A DNA stretch of 64,000 bases from Moniliella sp. 'wahieum'. Its lineage: Eukaryota. Shown here in pieces: positions 41,402-54,089 of this stretch (the stretch's first letter is position 1; each line of letters starts with the position of its first letter). Position numbers and translations under genes: made by a program. The stretch is from positions 434,001 through 498,000 of the forward strand of contig RSEE01000052.1 in the NCBI GenBank assembly GCA_003971905.1. Direction: 5' to 3'. The notes beneath the pieces are model-generated. The model searched no databases and was not told where the DNA came from. It worked only from the letters and a program-made list of their open reading frames with translations.

Positions 41402-43416
41402 GGTTGGTGGAGGAAGGGAGGCGGGGGTCGGGAGGGGGGGGGGAAGAGCACTTGGTGGTAGCAGGAGGCCAAGAGCACCGCCAACCGCACCGGCGCCATC
41501 GGGCCAACGGGGCAACGCGGTCGCGCGCACACGCGGCCACGCGGCGGACACTGCCCGGGTGCGGCAGCCGCGCTGCACCTTCGCGGGCGCAGCGGCAGTC
41601 TGGCGCCTCGTGTTGATGTCCCGCTGGCATGCGGGCAGCGCCCCAGCCGCACAGTGGCGTGGTGCGAAGGCGACGCGCTGGCAGGGGGGCAGTGCTACGT
41701 CGCGCGTTTTTTTTTCGGCCTGGGCGCTGCGCCCTCGCCCCGCCGCCGCACGTGATCAAGCATGGCGTCGGCTGCCCCGTCCTTTCGCAAAGCCTTTCGG
41801 CCCGCAGCGGCAGGCTGGAGCCGAGAGGAGGGAAGCACACCGCCTGGCTCTGCCCCATGGGGACCCACCAGCAATCAGACGTGCGGTCGGAGAGAGGCAT
41901 ATCTGACAAAGTGCGCTTGTAGATTGAATATTGACGGCAAGGGCCCGTCCGATCAGACAGTGGTTTGCCTTGACTCTCTGGGATCCAACTGCTCTTTTTG
42001 CTTGCTACAGGATCCAAGGAAACACCACAGTTTGGATATCCAGTGCCATCACACGCGCTCACGGTCACTTGCTGTCGCATCCTTTTCTTTCTTATGCTGC
42101 GCACCGGCTGGACACAGCCCAAGGGAGGGTCATAAGGGTCTTCCCTGTCAGTTGGGGTCCTCTCGTCTTCAACTGGGTGGGAGACTACTAGCCAGCACTG
42201 TGTATGGACAGAGCTAACACTCTATCTCTGTTGCGATAGACCCTAGAGGTGTGTATGTGGGTGTGGATTCCTTGGCAAGGATTAGGCGAAAGGGTCCAAA
42301 AAGGGGGTGGAACATGCTGCCTGGTGGTGCACCAGGACAGAATGGGCGTGATCCATCTCGGGGCATAGTAGCACATTAAGCTACCACAAGTGTCTGTACT
42401 CCGATCGTGCCGCGTGTCAATCGCATAATGCATCGGGGTATTGTCGTGCTCGCTTCTCCAGAAGCGAGTTCTCCCCGGCGCAATAACGAAGGTCGAAGGG
42501 CAGAGAAGGGCACCGTTGGAAGCTTGGCCGCATTAACAAGGAAGCCAAAAGTCAGGCGGGAGCGCAACAGCATCATATACAGTGACTCTGCACCGTCCAC
42601 GGCCGAGAGGTACACTCGCACCATGCCGTGAAGGATCATCAACAACCGTAGTGCGCACCGGGAGTCCCACCCCTACACTACCTGGATGCCCAGGTTCTTC
42701 CTCGCCTCAAAACGCAAAGGTATAGCCAACTGGGCATACGCAGCCCCCTTCCTCTTTTGTGTTATAACTCCTCATGGAGCGGTGAAGGAGAGAGAGTGTC
42801 AAACGGAACGGTCAGGTTGGATTTGGCTCAGCGGAGTCCAAGCTGATGATGCGAACCGACTGAGTGGGCAGGGCCATTTCATGTGCTGCTCAAATACCTT
42901 TTCCATGGCCTGTAATATCCGTGCCGGATGCTCCGCTTCAAAAGGGACTTGCGTATCTTTCGGGATATCCAACACCAAAGCTAGGCCACAGCTACGTCAC
43001 CAAACGACTGCCTAACCCTTCAAGACACAGGAACGGTGGGCCCGGCAAAACCGGCATCTGGCCCCGCATATAGACGGGGTTGGTACTGAGAAACTGGCCG
43101 AGTGAACACCCCGTGTCGGGGTGCAGGAGTAACCCATCACTCTAAAGGAAGCGGATTGGGCAAAGTCGCATTCTCATCGTGAGAGGCACTGGTGGCTACT
43201 GAGAGAGCGGGGAGAGGTACTGTGTACCAGATTATATCACTTTCACCACTGCTTCAGCTGGGGCTTTGCCTCCACTCACCCCCGCATGCTGCGCTAAGCT
43301 ACGCACCCCTCCCCCTCAGCCGCAGCCCCGCACGTGGACAGGGTGGGAAGACGATTGGATTGCGAAAGAGATGGTCCTACCGCCACGCAGCGCAGTGCAC
43401 AGACCCTTTCACCCCT

Positions 43417-44906
43417 CTACTCCTCATCCTCAAATGGGTTGGCCACATACTCCAAGTCGTCCGAGTTGTCATCATCGTCCTTCTCGTCCACCCCAGCCAC
43501 GCCCAGGCCAGCCCCGAGCGCCGCGCCTGCTGCGCCTGCCGCGCCCGCCGATCCTGCCCCGGCCGCAGCCTGGCTCACCCCCTTGGTCCCCGCAGGAGCA
43601 GGCGACGCCTTGGCAGGCGGTGTGGGGCTAGCGTCCTGGGCCCGAGGCGCCGACGGCAACGGTTTGCTTACCTCGCGCGCTGGGCCGCAGTCTCTGTCCC
43701 CTGGACAGGGTCCAGAGACCAGGCCGAGCGCAGATCCTTGGAGGGCGTAGGTGGTCCGCGCGGGGACGCAGCCCCACTCGATACACGCGTGATCGCAGTC
43801 AGATCCCCTTGTCGAGTGGACGAGATCGGCATCGGAGCTGTGGGCCAGCACCGGGTCCGCGTCGGCGGCCACCCAGTTAGCGTGAGGCGCAGGTGGGACG
43901 CAGCCTGGGCCGTGGTGGCGGACGTAGGTGGGGACAGGGTGGTGTGGGATGCAGGCTCGGCTGCCTCCGCACTTCTCCGCCGTCGAGACGAGGTAGCCAT
44001 CCGGCCAAGCCACCGGAACTCTCCTTGCTCTGTTCGACCAGCGCTTGCGCGCGCGCACGCAGCGCCGAAAACGTCGAAACGGCCCGTGCGAATCCCTCTG
44101 CGCTCCGCCCTTCTGGTCAGTATTCTTCACATTTCCTTTTGTGCCTCCACGCCATCCAAGCCGTACGTACCCTCGGCCACACGGCTCGCGTTGTCTGCAA
44201 ACTTGTCCAACTCGTCCACCCAATCGGGACCTTGGTCTGCATCCTCGGCCCGAGCCGCAGCAAGCGAACTTGCCGCGGGGTGGGGCGCTTCGCCGGGCGC
44301 GCGGCGCACACGCGGCTGGTACGCCAAGTTGGTTGCGTCGTACCTCCTCTCTGCAGCGGGGCCGGACCGGGGCTGCGACGCGCAGCATGCTCTTGTTCCT
44401 CCAACATCAGCGCGCGCGCCAACGCTTCGTCATTCGCCGTTTCCGCACCTCGTTCCTCGGCCGGAATGTGCGTGCGCGAAAAGGAGAGTAACACCTGCAC
44501 CGCCTCGTCCGCGTCCCCCACAGCCGCCAACACATCCTGCACCGTCTCCCGTGGTAGGTCAGGGAACATCGACGCCAAGATGCTCAGTGGCGACTCGTCT
44601 GCCGCCGCGCGGCTGGGGCTCAGAGGACTCTGGGCAGGGCGGGTGCCGGCGCGGGAGGGATGGCGGGCAGGTCGGCAGCCGCAGGCACACCGGGGGGGCG
44701 GCCGCTGCGTCTGCCTTTGTGAGCACCTGGGGTTTAGGCGAGGCAGGCGCGGGCGCGGTGGGGGCGTCCGCGGCAGCGGCGGTGTCCGGCGCAGCGTCCG
44801 CGACGACGGGGCGAGCGGGCGAGGCGGGCTGGGTGTCGCCGAGCGTGGGCTTGGCGGGCTGGGCGTCGTCGAGCGTGAGCTTGGCGAGCTCGTCGGCGGA
44901 CGACAT
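43417..44906 (-). CDS. CUE-domain ubiquitin-binding protein (Cue5-like; frameshifted)
   Basis: CUE motif LSILASMFPDLPRETVQDVLAAVGDADEAVQVLLSF; ANDEALARALMLEE; WVDELDKFA; acidic end DDLEYVANPFEDEE. Confidence 0.8.
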
Positions 44907-45089
44907 GGTGGTGGTGCGGCTGGCGTCTGCGGCCTGGGTCTGAATCTGAGATCTGACGCCCGACGACTCAGGAACCGGACAGCTGCGAGACTACGACGCA
45001 CACTGGCCCTGTGCCCGGCGGCCTCTACGCGACGCTATTGTGACACGCCGCCTCGTAGGTAGCTAGTAGCTAGGGATTAAGGATTGGCG

Positions 45090-48000
45090 CTACTCCTGCG
45101 CCGGCGGACGCCACTGGAGGCGGCGCCCCGCCTCGTACAAGTCCTCCAGCACGTCGTGCAGCCCGCCCGAGCGCTCGAGGTGCTCGTACATCCGGTACAG
45201 CTGCAGCGCCGCCGACGCATCCTCAATCGAGTCGTGCCCCGCCCACGACGGCGACGCGTGCGCCGACGACGACGCCGCCTCGTCCTTCTCCTCGTCCTTC
45301 CCGGTCCTGGATGAAGCGCCGCAGCAGGAACCACGTGAGGAACTTGAGCGACACTTTGCGGTGCACGCCCGGGTAGCGGTACAGGTCCACCGTGTCCACC
45401 ACCTGCTCCGGCGGCACAAACAGGTTATGATGCGGAAGTCCTTGCTCAGCCCGTGCCAATAAACCGCGACCCAGGTCCACCAGCGCACGCAGCTTCTTGT
45501 ACGCCACCTTGAGCGGGACCAAGGTGTGCGGCGACGTCTGCACCGACGGTCCCCCGGCGGATCCCGCTGAACTGCGTCAGGTAGTCCACCACCGCCGCGC
45601 TCGTCTCAATGTGATCGTCCAAAAACGGCTCTTCCTCCTCCGCCTCGTCCGCACCAGGACGCTTCCATCCACGCACCACCGAGATGCGCGCCGGCGACAG
45701 AAGCACCGGTCGGAGGAGCGACTTGGTGCCATCCGAATGCACCTCGGTCTCTCCAGCCGGAGCGCGACAAAACTCCGCGTCGATCGCCACTTCCAGCGGC
45801 GGAGACGGCGCGTCGACGGCAGGAAGTCCTCCGGTAGCAGAGGCCGGTGGCGCATCAATCGGCCGTCGATGAGGTGCCATGTTAAAGTCGCGGCACAGGA
45901 TCGAAGGATCGATCTTGGTACTGAGCTGGGTCAGATCCGCATCCCGCTCCGTCGGAGACGGCAGCGGCGAATGCACCTTTTCGAAAAACAGCACCGACGG
46001 CACTTCATTCATGCACCGACAAGGCTCGCTCTGAGGTACGGGCTTGACCAAAAAGTCGTTGAACAGCACCCAGTCTCCCTCGGCCTTGGGCGCCAACGGG
46101 CGCAGGGCGCAGGAGCAGAGCCCTTGACGTGTCCCGCGGGCGTGTCCGAGGTACGGACAAAGGTGACCAGATGCGGCGCCTCTTTTTCTGCCTGCACTGG
46201 GCCACCATCGAGCGCAGCACGTACCGCACATACAGCGGCGGAGGCGGCGTATCCCCATACACGGGCTTCGTATCAATCGTCTCGCCCACCACATTGATGT
46301 CAAACATCGGAGGTAAGTAGGGTCGTGGGGGCGTACCATCCTGCAGCGTGCCGGGACCAAGCCCAGCGTCGCAGCAAAGGAGGATGGCACCGTCCTGGAC
46401 CCGGCAAGCCAATAGGAGAACGCATCCAGCGAGTTGATCCCGCATGGATGGCGAACAGCGGCGGCAGCGAATCGTTCGAGCCCAGCACCCTGCGCGTTCG
46501 TACCGCGCATGAGGCGTCTGGCACACCCGACATAGCATCTTGGCAATCACGGGGCGTGTGAGCGAGTGGCGTAAGACCGAGGCAAAGTCCGACGGTTGCT
46601 GCACTTCGTTCGACAGGGCCTGCACATGTGCGCGGTTGGGTCAATCAAAAAATCCACCCAATGCGAGAAAGGGCAACGTACTTTGCGAGGGTAGATTAGG
46701 TCACAGACTAAGGAAGAGGAATCTCGCTCCCCCGAAATGTAGCAGGTGCCGCAGGTGGATTTAGTGAGCGCGCGAATGGAAAACAAGCGTTTGATCAAGT
46801 TGGCTTCGACTTGGTCCGCGTCCGGTCGCCCGGATCGGTGGACGAGACAGGAAGAAAAGGCCCAATGCCGGCCTCGGTTGCAAACGTGTCCAGGAAAAGC
46901 AAATTAAGTTTCTGGTTCAGGTGAGCATACGCGACTTGCGCGGGCGCGGCCATGGCAGCTGGCGGGGGCCCGTCCTCGGGATCTTGGAGACCAAGATGCG
47001 TGACGGAGGAGAGGTGCCAAATGCGCGGTACAGGTTCGACGCTTGGCAATTCGCCCCCTTGGCGTCGGTAAGCATGCGGAATAGGAAGCCAGCCTCACAC
47101 AACAAACAATCTTCCCGGGGACAGTCGACCGTGGTGTGGGCCTGGGCAAGGTGGCGAAGCGGGAAGAGATAATGAGGGCTTGAACAAGGCTGTTGGCATA
47201 GGAATGGCGAATGTGCGTCTCCAAGCCCGAGTAGTGCGTCTTGTTGTACAGCCCAAAATCAAAGTCCTCAATGCCAAATTTGCTGTACTGGATCGTCTGC
47301 GTACGGTAGTAGGCGGCATGGCAGCCCGGCGCCAGCAGCAGGAGCGTCGGCATCGGTCGCCAATCCGGTAGACGGGTCGGAGCTGGGGGTCTCCCCGGAC
47401 CCCGATCGGAGCTTGGTCTGTTCCGATCGGAACAGGGGCACGGCTCCACCCGTTGCCGGCGTGCGGTCGACAACAACGTTCCTCTTGCCTTGGAGCGAAC
47501 GTGGGACTTGGCCAAAAAGTTCCCGTCCAAGCTCCGCATGGTGGAGATGAGCTTGGCATCCACCTTGGGGGGTGGGGTGAAGAGGGGCGACAGTCGCGTC
47601 CCCATCACCTCAAGAGGGGTGTACGAAAGCAGGCGCTCCGCATAAAACGGCATGCCACGTTGGACAGAGGCGTGTCTGCGTTCCATTGAATCACGGGCGG
47701 CCAAGGGAAGGTCCGGAATGACGGGCGGATCCGAGTCGTACGCATTGAACCGCAGTCCGGGCGTCGTGTCGGGATTGGCCGACGACCAAAGTTTGACCGT
47801 TCCGTCCTGGCAGCCAAAGGCAATGTAGTCCCCCGTAGGAGCCATGGCCAAGGCCGAGACGGAGGAGTTGGTCTGATGTGGTGGAAGATGATTGACCCGG
47901 GCTGCCCGAATCCACAATCTGGAACAGACCCGTCGGCCCGGCAACGACCACGGTGCCGACAGAGGGTGGATGGCCAGGTACGCCGGCCCGCCGGGCGCAG

Positions 48001-48832
48001 CAAACGGGACGGACGCCAAGGAGCGGAAGGAACGCATGTCGGTCACCTTGACAAACGGCTCGGCCACGGGGTGGCCCAGACGAATGGTCCAGCCCACCGA
48101 GTAGACCAAGTTGCCCTCGGCCGCCAAGTCGATCAGCCCGCCGGGGTGGGACGCCATGCGGTGCACCGAGCGCAGCGTGCGCGGGTCGCGGAACTGCAGC
48201 TGGCCGACTGAGTGCCGGAAACAATGTAGCGCCCGGCGCTGCGCATGTGCGTAATGGGCGCGTCCGACTCGGCAGGAACCTTGTTGACCACACGCCCGCT
48301 CGACTTGGCCACCGCCAGCAGCACGTCGTCGGGGCCGGGGCCGGCGGAGGAGGAAGCAGCCAGCTGGTACGACGCGCGGCCGCGATCAGCTCGCTGGCGC
48401 CGGCGGGACCATTGTCGCACATGGCGGCGAGGCGGAGCGAAGGCACGCCAGCCTCGGCGGTGGAGACGGACCAGCGGGCGACGCCGCGGCGGTGGGCGGC
48501 ATGGATGCCGCGCGGGCTGGCACTGAACATGAGGCGCTCGTCGGGCAGGATGGGAGACGGGCGCGTGGGGGAGCGCAACGACGGGTCGGGCGTGCTCGCG
48601 CGGGCGGTGGGCAGCGAGGAAGCGCGTGTAGGGCTCGAGGGTCGAGCCAAAGTAGCTGGACGCGGCCGTCGGCATCGGCGGCCCAGAGCAGCTCGGAGGG
48701 GGGTCGAAGGCGGTGCAGGTGATGGGCGGCAGGGCGGCGGCGGCGGCCTGGCTCGGGCGCGCCGGGACGGAGGGGCGGGCCGGCGGCGGCGGCACACTCG
48801 GCCCAGCCATCGACGCCGAGCGCAGCTTGCAT
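45090..48832 (-). CDS. PAN2: PAN2 poly(A) deadenylase (WD40, pseudo-UCH, DEDD nuclease; frameshifted; start approximate)
   Basis: WD region GNLVYSVGWTIRLG..EPFVKV; IQYSKFGIEDFDFGLYNKTHYSGLETHIRHSYANSLVQAL; LCEAGFLFRML..AKGANCQASNL; WVLFNDFLVKP; VAIDAEF; VVDYLTQFSGI; HDSIEDASAALQLY. Confidence 0.95.
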
Positions 48833-49318
48833 GGCGTCGGCGCTCGGATCGCTGCTCTCGGCGCTCGCAGCCTCCGACGCGTCCCGCCCGAGGAGAGGTC
48901 TGCTGGGCGACGGGGGGGGGCGGTGGTTGCTTATGTCAGCCCGGTGCAGTAGGGTTGGGCAATGGGGATGGCTGACGTCATCGTCCGTCACGTGCCCATT
49001 GGATCACGTGGTCCATGAGGTCCCGGCCCTCCCCCGGCCCGGTTGGCCCGGTGGCCGGGGGCCCGCTGTCTTGGACGGCCTCTCTCGCGGCCTGCCACCC
49101 CACCGCATCCCGGCGGGACGGGTGGAGTTGGCCTGAGGCCGTCGGCCTCGGGGCGTGGCGAGACTGCCAGCCACGACGACGCCGGCGTCCATCCCCACCA
49201 CCACCACCACCATCAGCAACCCCCCCCCCCCCCCACCATGGTTGCGCCTCCGCCTCTGCTCGAGGTCGCCTGCCACTCGATGTGCGCAACCCCGCGCTCT
49301 GTGAGACGGACCAGGTCC

Positions 49319-50666
49319 ATGGCCCCCGAAGCGGTCCAGGACATTGAGGCTGAGTTCCACGGCCTCCATGCCCCTCCGCGCCCCCGCGCTGTAGGAAACG
49401 AGGGCAGCCTGCGGCGCCACCTTGGACACTCCGACAGCTGTCTGTCGAGCGCGCCGGAGGACAAGACCTCCCTTTCCTACGTCTTCGCTCGGGACTGGCC
49501 GGGGGCATCGCTGGTGTGCGGCCAAGACGAGTGTCGCTCCGCTGGATCGCATCAAGATCCTGTTCCAAGCGCGCAACCCTGACTTTTCAGCGTATGCCGG
49601 GCGCTGACTGGGGTCGTGTACGCGGCGAGGGATATTGTGCAAACGCAAGGCGCTGGTGCCTTGTTCCAAGGCACAGTGCCACCTTGCTCCGCTTTCCCTC
49701 GCTGCGATCAAATACATGGCCCCCGACAAGCTCCATTTCCTCCTCATGCCCACCGAGGACAAGGAGACTCGACTCGTCTCTTCCTCGCTGGCTCGGCCTC
49801 GGGTGTGCTCTCCGTCTTGTGCACCTACCCGCTCGAACATTCGCGTTCGCTTGGCGTTTGAAACCAAGCGCCACCATCGCATGGCGACCTGCTCCGCATC
49901 GTCCGCACCATCTACGCGAGGGCTCTACCGCCGCGTCCTTTTAGGGTGATGTGCGGAAAAGAGACAGGTGCACATACCGGCCCGTGGGCACACCCATCTT
50001 CCTCCCACCACCGCTGTCCATATACCAACAGCACGCATGGTCTTCTCGGCCGCATCCGCGCCCACGTTTCCAGGAACGCACGTACCAGCGCCCAGCATGT
50101 CGTTGGCACCTCGGGTCTCCGGCCACCTCCATCCAAACATACGGCTGTCGCGAGCCAGGAGATGTGACTCACTTCCCCCTCCTCAAATCTATCGTGGCTT
50201 AGCGTCACGGTCATGGGCATGATCCCATACGCAGGCACCGCGTTCCTCGTCTTTGGCCGGACCAAAAACGGGCTCCATGCGTATTTGCCACGGAGAACCG
50301 ACGAAGGATCCAACCAGCAAGACGGTGCAAGATCTGGTGGCCGGCGGTATTGCTGGAGCCATCTCGCAAACGGCTGCCTACCCATTTGAAGTCATTCGTC
50401 GATGCCAACAGATCGGGGGCAAGACGAGGCCCACGGAGCTAGTCGGGAATTGGCGAAACGGCTCGATGGATTTATCGCACGTCGGGCTGGCGCGGGTTTT
50501 ACGTTGGCTTGAGCATTGGCATGTTAAGGTGATGCCCATGACGGCTGTCAGGTACGTTCTCCCTCTCACTTTTCCTCCATCTGCTTGGCGAGGGCTAGCG
50601 CTAACCTGCCGATTTCGTCTTAGCTTTACTACTTGGCTGGCAGTGAAACGCCAGATGGGCATCTGA
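49319..50666 (+). CDS. LEU5: Mitochondrial carrier, Leu5-like CoA transporter (intron near 50552-50622; frameshifted)
   Basis: [102 protein letters not shown]. Confidence 0.85.
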
Positions 50667-53600
50667 ACGTTTAACCCGTTGCATTGGCCCCCTATCGCCA
50701 ACGAGAGGTCCGAGCATGTGGCCACCAACCAGCTATATAATACGCACAACCCGGTCGATCTCTGCATTCCTTCGCGCGCTCTGCCCTTGCCATGGCCTAC
50801 AGCAGCCCACCCTCGCTGACATGTTGTTCGCTTGAGGACACGAGGCTCTGGACACGCGCCTCACTCCCCGTCTTTCCCCCTGTACTGTACGGCACTCCGC
50901 CCTGGCGGTACCCCCCACCTTGACAAGCAGACCAGACATCTCGTGTCAGTGTACTTTCCTCCTGGGTCATGCTTCGCTTGTCTTCTGGACACTGCAGGAT
51001 GGGACATTATAGGCATGAACCCATGACCGTCGGGCACAGCCGTCTTTCCTCACTTTTGTTTTACTGTGCACCTTCGTTCATCGCTCACCTTGCACCGAGA
51101 GGGGGTCTATAATACACCGTACTCACCAGCGTCTTCAGGGGCCGCAGCTTCTTATACTTTGATTGCATATTGCGTTGCACCACGCAGATTTTTTTCGTGC
51201 CATCTTCCTTCGGATGGTCAGTTTCGTAGGTAACCAGGGGACAGCTTTGTGCTAGGTTGAAAAAACGTGAAACAGGGGAGGCACGGTGCGGGATCAAAAC
51301 CATCGACCCCGGTGGCCCGGTGGTCAACGGGCCAATGGTGGAGAGAGACGGAGAGGAGGCTTTCGGGAAGCTAGTACGAATCTCGTCAAGCGGGTGCAAG
51401 ACCATTCCCTGGTGGCCCCATCATTTGCGCCCATCATTTGCTAGGATACCTGTCGTTGTCGCTCTGCGCGCCACGAACGCCAATCCAACAAAACCTATAT
51501 GACCTTGAACAACTACTAAGAGATTCATTCTCTGCCACGCGCGATTCCTTATCCCTAGGGCGTGTTTTCCCTCGCCGTTAACTGGGACGAAAAACATCAA
51601 GCAGTGCAAAGCGCCACAAAGTCAGCACCATCGGGGTACTCAATTCTTCTGCCACGGCGCGAGCTGATTCGTCGTCCAACACAGCTCAGGACGCGGTACG
51701 AATCCATTTTGACTGAGCCCAGACAGTTTCGCTTCTGAGGACGAAGCTCGTTGCTGTGGCTCAGAGGTCCAAACTCACTTCTCGGCACAACAGGACAACT
51801 TGCGTACGATGCATGCCCCTTGCTCACCTCGGTTGGCTACTGATCGTGCAAGGCGTGACCGACTCGACGTTCTAGCAGCTCGCAGCTTGTTGTGCTTCTC
51901 TGCAGTGCGCGAGCACCTCACCGTCGCCAAAGGAAATGACCACCGAACCCACCACTGCGCCCGAACGATTCGCAACTAACTATGTTCACGAGCGTGGCGG
52001 ATTGATTATGGATTGTGAACTCACCGCGATGATCTTGACTTGTCGCCGAACGAGTTCTCTTCGTCATGAACCAGACCACCACAGAGGCACCTCGAAGAAA
52101 ACCGTGCTGCCGCAGCGGCGGTAGCCCGTACCACTCTGCAGGAGGCCAAACTGGTGGCCAAGCACACCGTGCGCATTGCAGCCTTAATTGATTTTGGCCG
52201 CGATCGCCACGGACCGTGATGCTCGAGTATGGTGGAACGGCCGCGTCTGTGAAGCTACTCGGACTGTACTTAGGTGTCAAAACTCCAGCAGTCCGAGGGT
52301 ACGTCGTCCCTGGCTAGAGTCAGGCCGAGCCAAGTTCATGCGCGAGGGCGACGCGCTGCGCGCTGGCATCTGGCGGTTTCTGCGCGGGATGAAAGACCTG
52401 ACGTGATGACGGTGCCGTTATGCCGTAGTACCCGTGCACTGCGTCTGATACCCCAGTGTCGGTGCCCACCGTGTGTTGGGTCTCGGGCTTGTTAGCAATC
52501 GTTTGCCTATGCTCGCACCCAGGCCAACGCGGCCCCCCAGACTCATGGTCTTGCACCTGGTCGTCGACACATGGCCTCCCTGGTGTACTTGGTCCCCATA
52601 TTGATGCGAGAAAGGATGCGCTGTGCCAGTTAACCAACTAGCGGGGTGTTGGTTCATCGACGCTCTGCTGCTATCGCTTTCCGAGAAAACCACAGCACTG
52701 CCCGGGTCGACTAACCCGATCGAGGGCAAGCGGGCCCGAGTTTGCTCGCTGGTTCCTTCGAATTATGAACCTGTCCCGACTCCGACGCCGGTTTTCGCTA
52801 CAAAGCAATGCACTTTCATTCCTGATTCACTTACACCTCTCTGGGGCCGGGAGTGGACTGTGCCCGCCGCGCTACGACGATTGCGGCTGCGCGGCACGTC
52901 GCGTCACTTGAGTTTATGGTGTGTTTGGCGTATGGGGGAATGCCGTGTCTTCCCTCTGGCGCGGTAGTCGACAACAAAAGAAAGTTGAGACAAAGTGTCG
53001 TGTTGTGTGTGGCAGTCGTCGTCGTATAGTTGCCCGTTCTTTTCCCACAGACTAATTTCTTCTCTATGTTCCCTCTTTTCCAAATGTCTTTTGTTTTTTC
53101 TCTCTGGCCTTGGTCTTGGTCTCGCCTCTCTTTCCCCCCTTCCTTTCCCCTCTTCGTTTCTTTGGTATACTACACCTACAATCTCACATACTATCTGTCA
53201 CGGGCTGTACGGAGCTCACCCAGGTTTGTGGGATGCAGTCCCTTTTAACACGGAAGAAGAGACTTCCGGTAGTTTCGTGCTTGAGCTGCCACAATAGTTG
53301 TTGGATCCGAGTGGGGCTCGGGACAAGGAGGTTGGTTTCTCGGCGTATGTAGTATTGATCGTGGATGAAGCCTTCAGTGGATTTTCTCATCAGGACTTGG
53401 GCACGCGGAGAGGAAGCTGGGGCTGGACTGGGAAAGGATTCAGCGTGGAGAGGCCCCGCGCCGTATTGGGGCTGGCTCCCGGGGCTAGTGGTAATCAAAT
53501 CTCTGGAAATCGGCAGGTGGTGAACAGAACAATGACAGAATAAGAGTTGGTGAAAATGAAAGGCGGGGAAAGATCCCCTCCCACATCACCGGGGGTGCCA

Positions 53601-54065
53601 GCTATACTCGATGATCTAAAAGGGAAAATAGAAGCAATAGAAAGCTAGGAGGGATTCACGGCGTATAAGAAACTAATATGGGAGACGGCGGCTAGTGGTT
53701 GTGTCAGTTGATTGAAGAGTGGAGGGAGCACGAAGTCGAGCACCAAGTCGAGCACCAAGTCGGACAACAGTTTGAAGGCAAGTGATTGAAGCCAAAAAAG
53801 GTGAGCACCGGAAAAGAGACCAAGCAAAAGCTACTAAGCAAGCCTCAAGCAACGTAAACGCCATCGAGTGAGTTACTCTATCTTACCACATGCATCACAC
53901 AGCTCATGCAAAGGACCACAACCGCCCGCTGCAAATGCATTCGCTGCTTCACATGTGCATTGATACACTAAGTGCCCACCCCCGGCCACTTCGTCCGGGC
54001 GGGAATCGGGGTGACAGGAGTGCATAGATTGAGCGTTCAGGGTTCAGAGACTGAGACGTGTGTAC

Positions 54066-54089
54066 TGAGTACTGAGTACTGAGTACTGA
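54066..54089 (+). repeat. (TGA-GTAC)x3-TGA period-7 palindromic array
   Basis: Read directly. Confidence 0.95.

Noticed and set aside
54066..54089. Arrays as deliberate three-frame stop cassettes (period-7 TGA or TAA)
   Set aside because: The stops follow automatically from a T-N-A junction. The arrays are not placed at ORF ends, and TGG-ACGT repeats (near 57360) break the rule.
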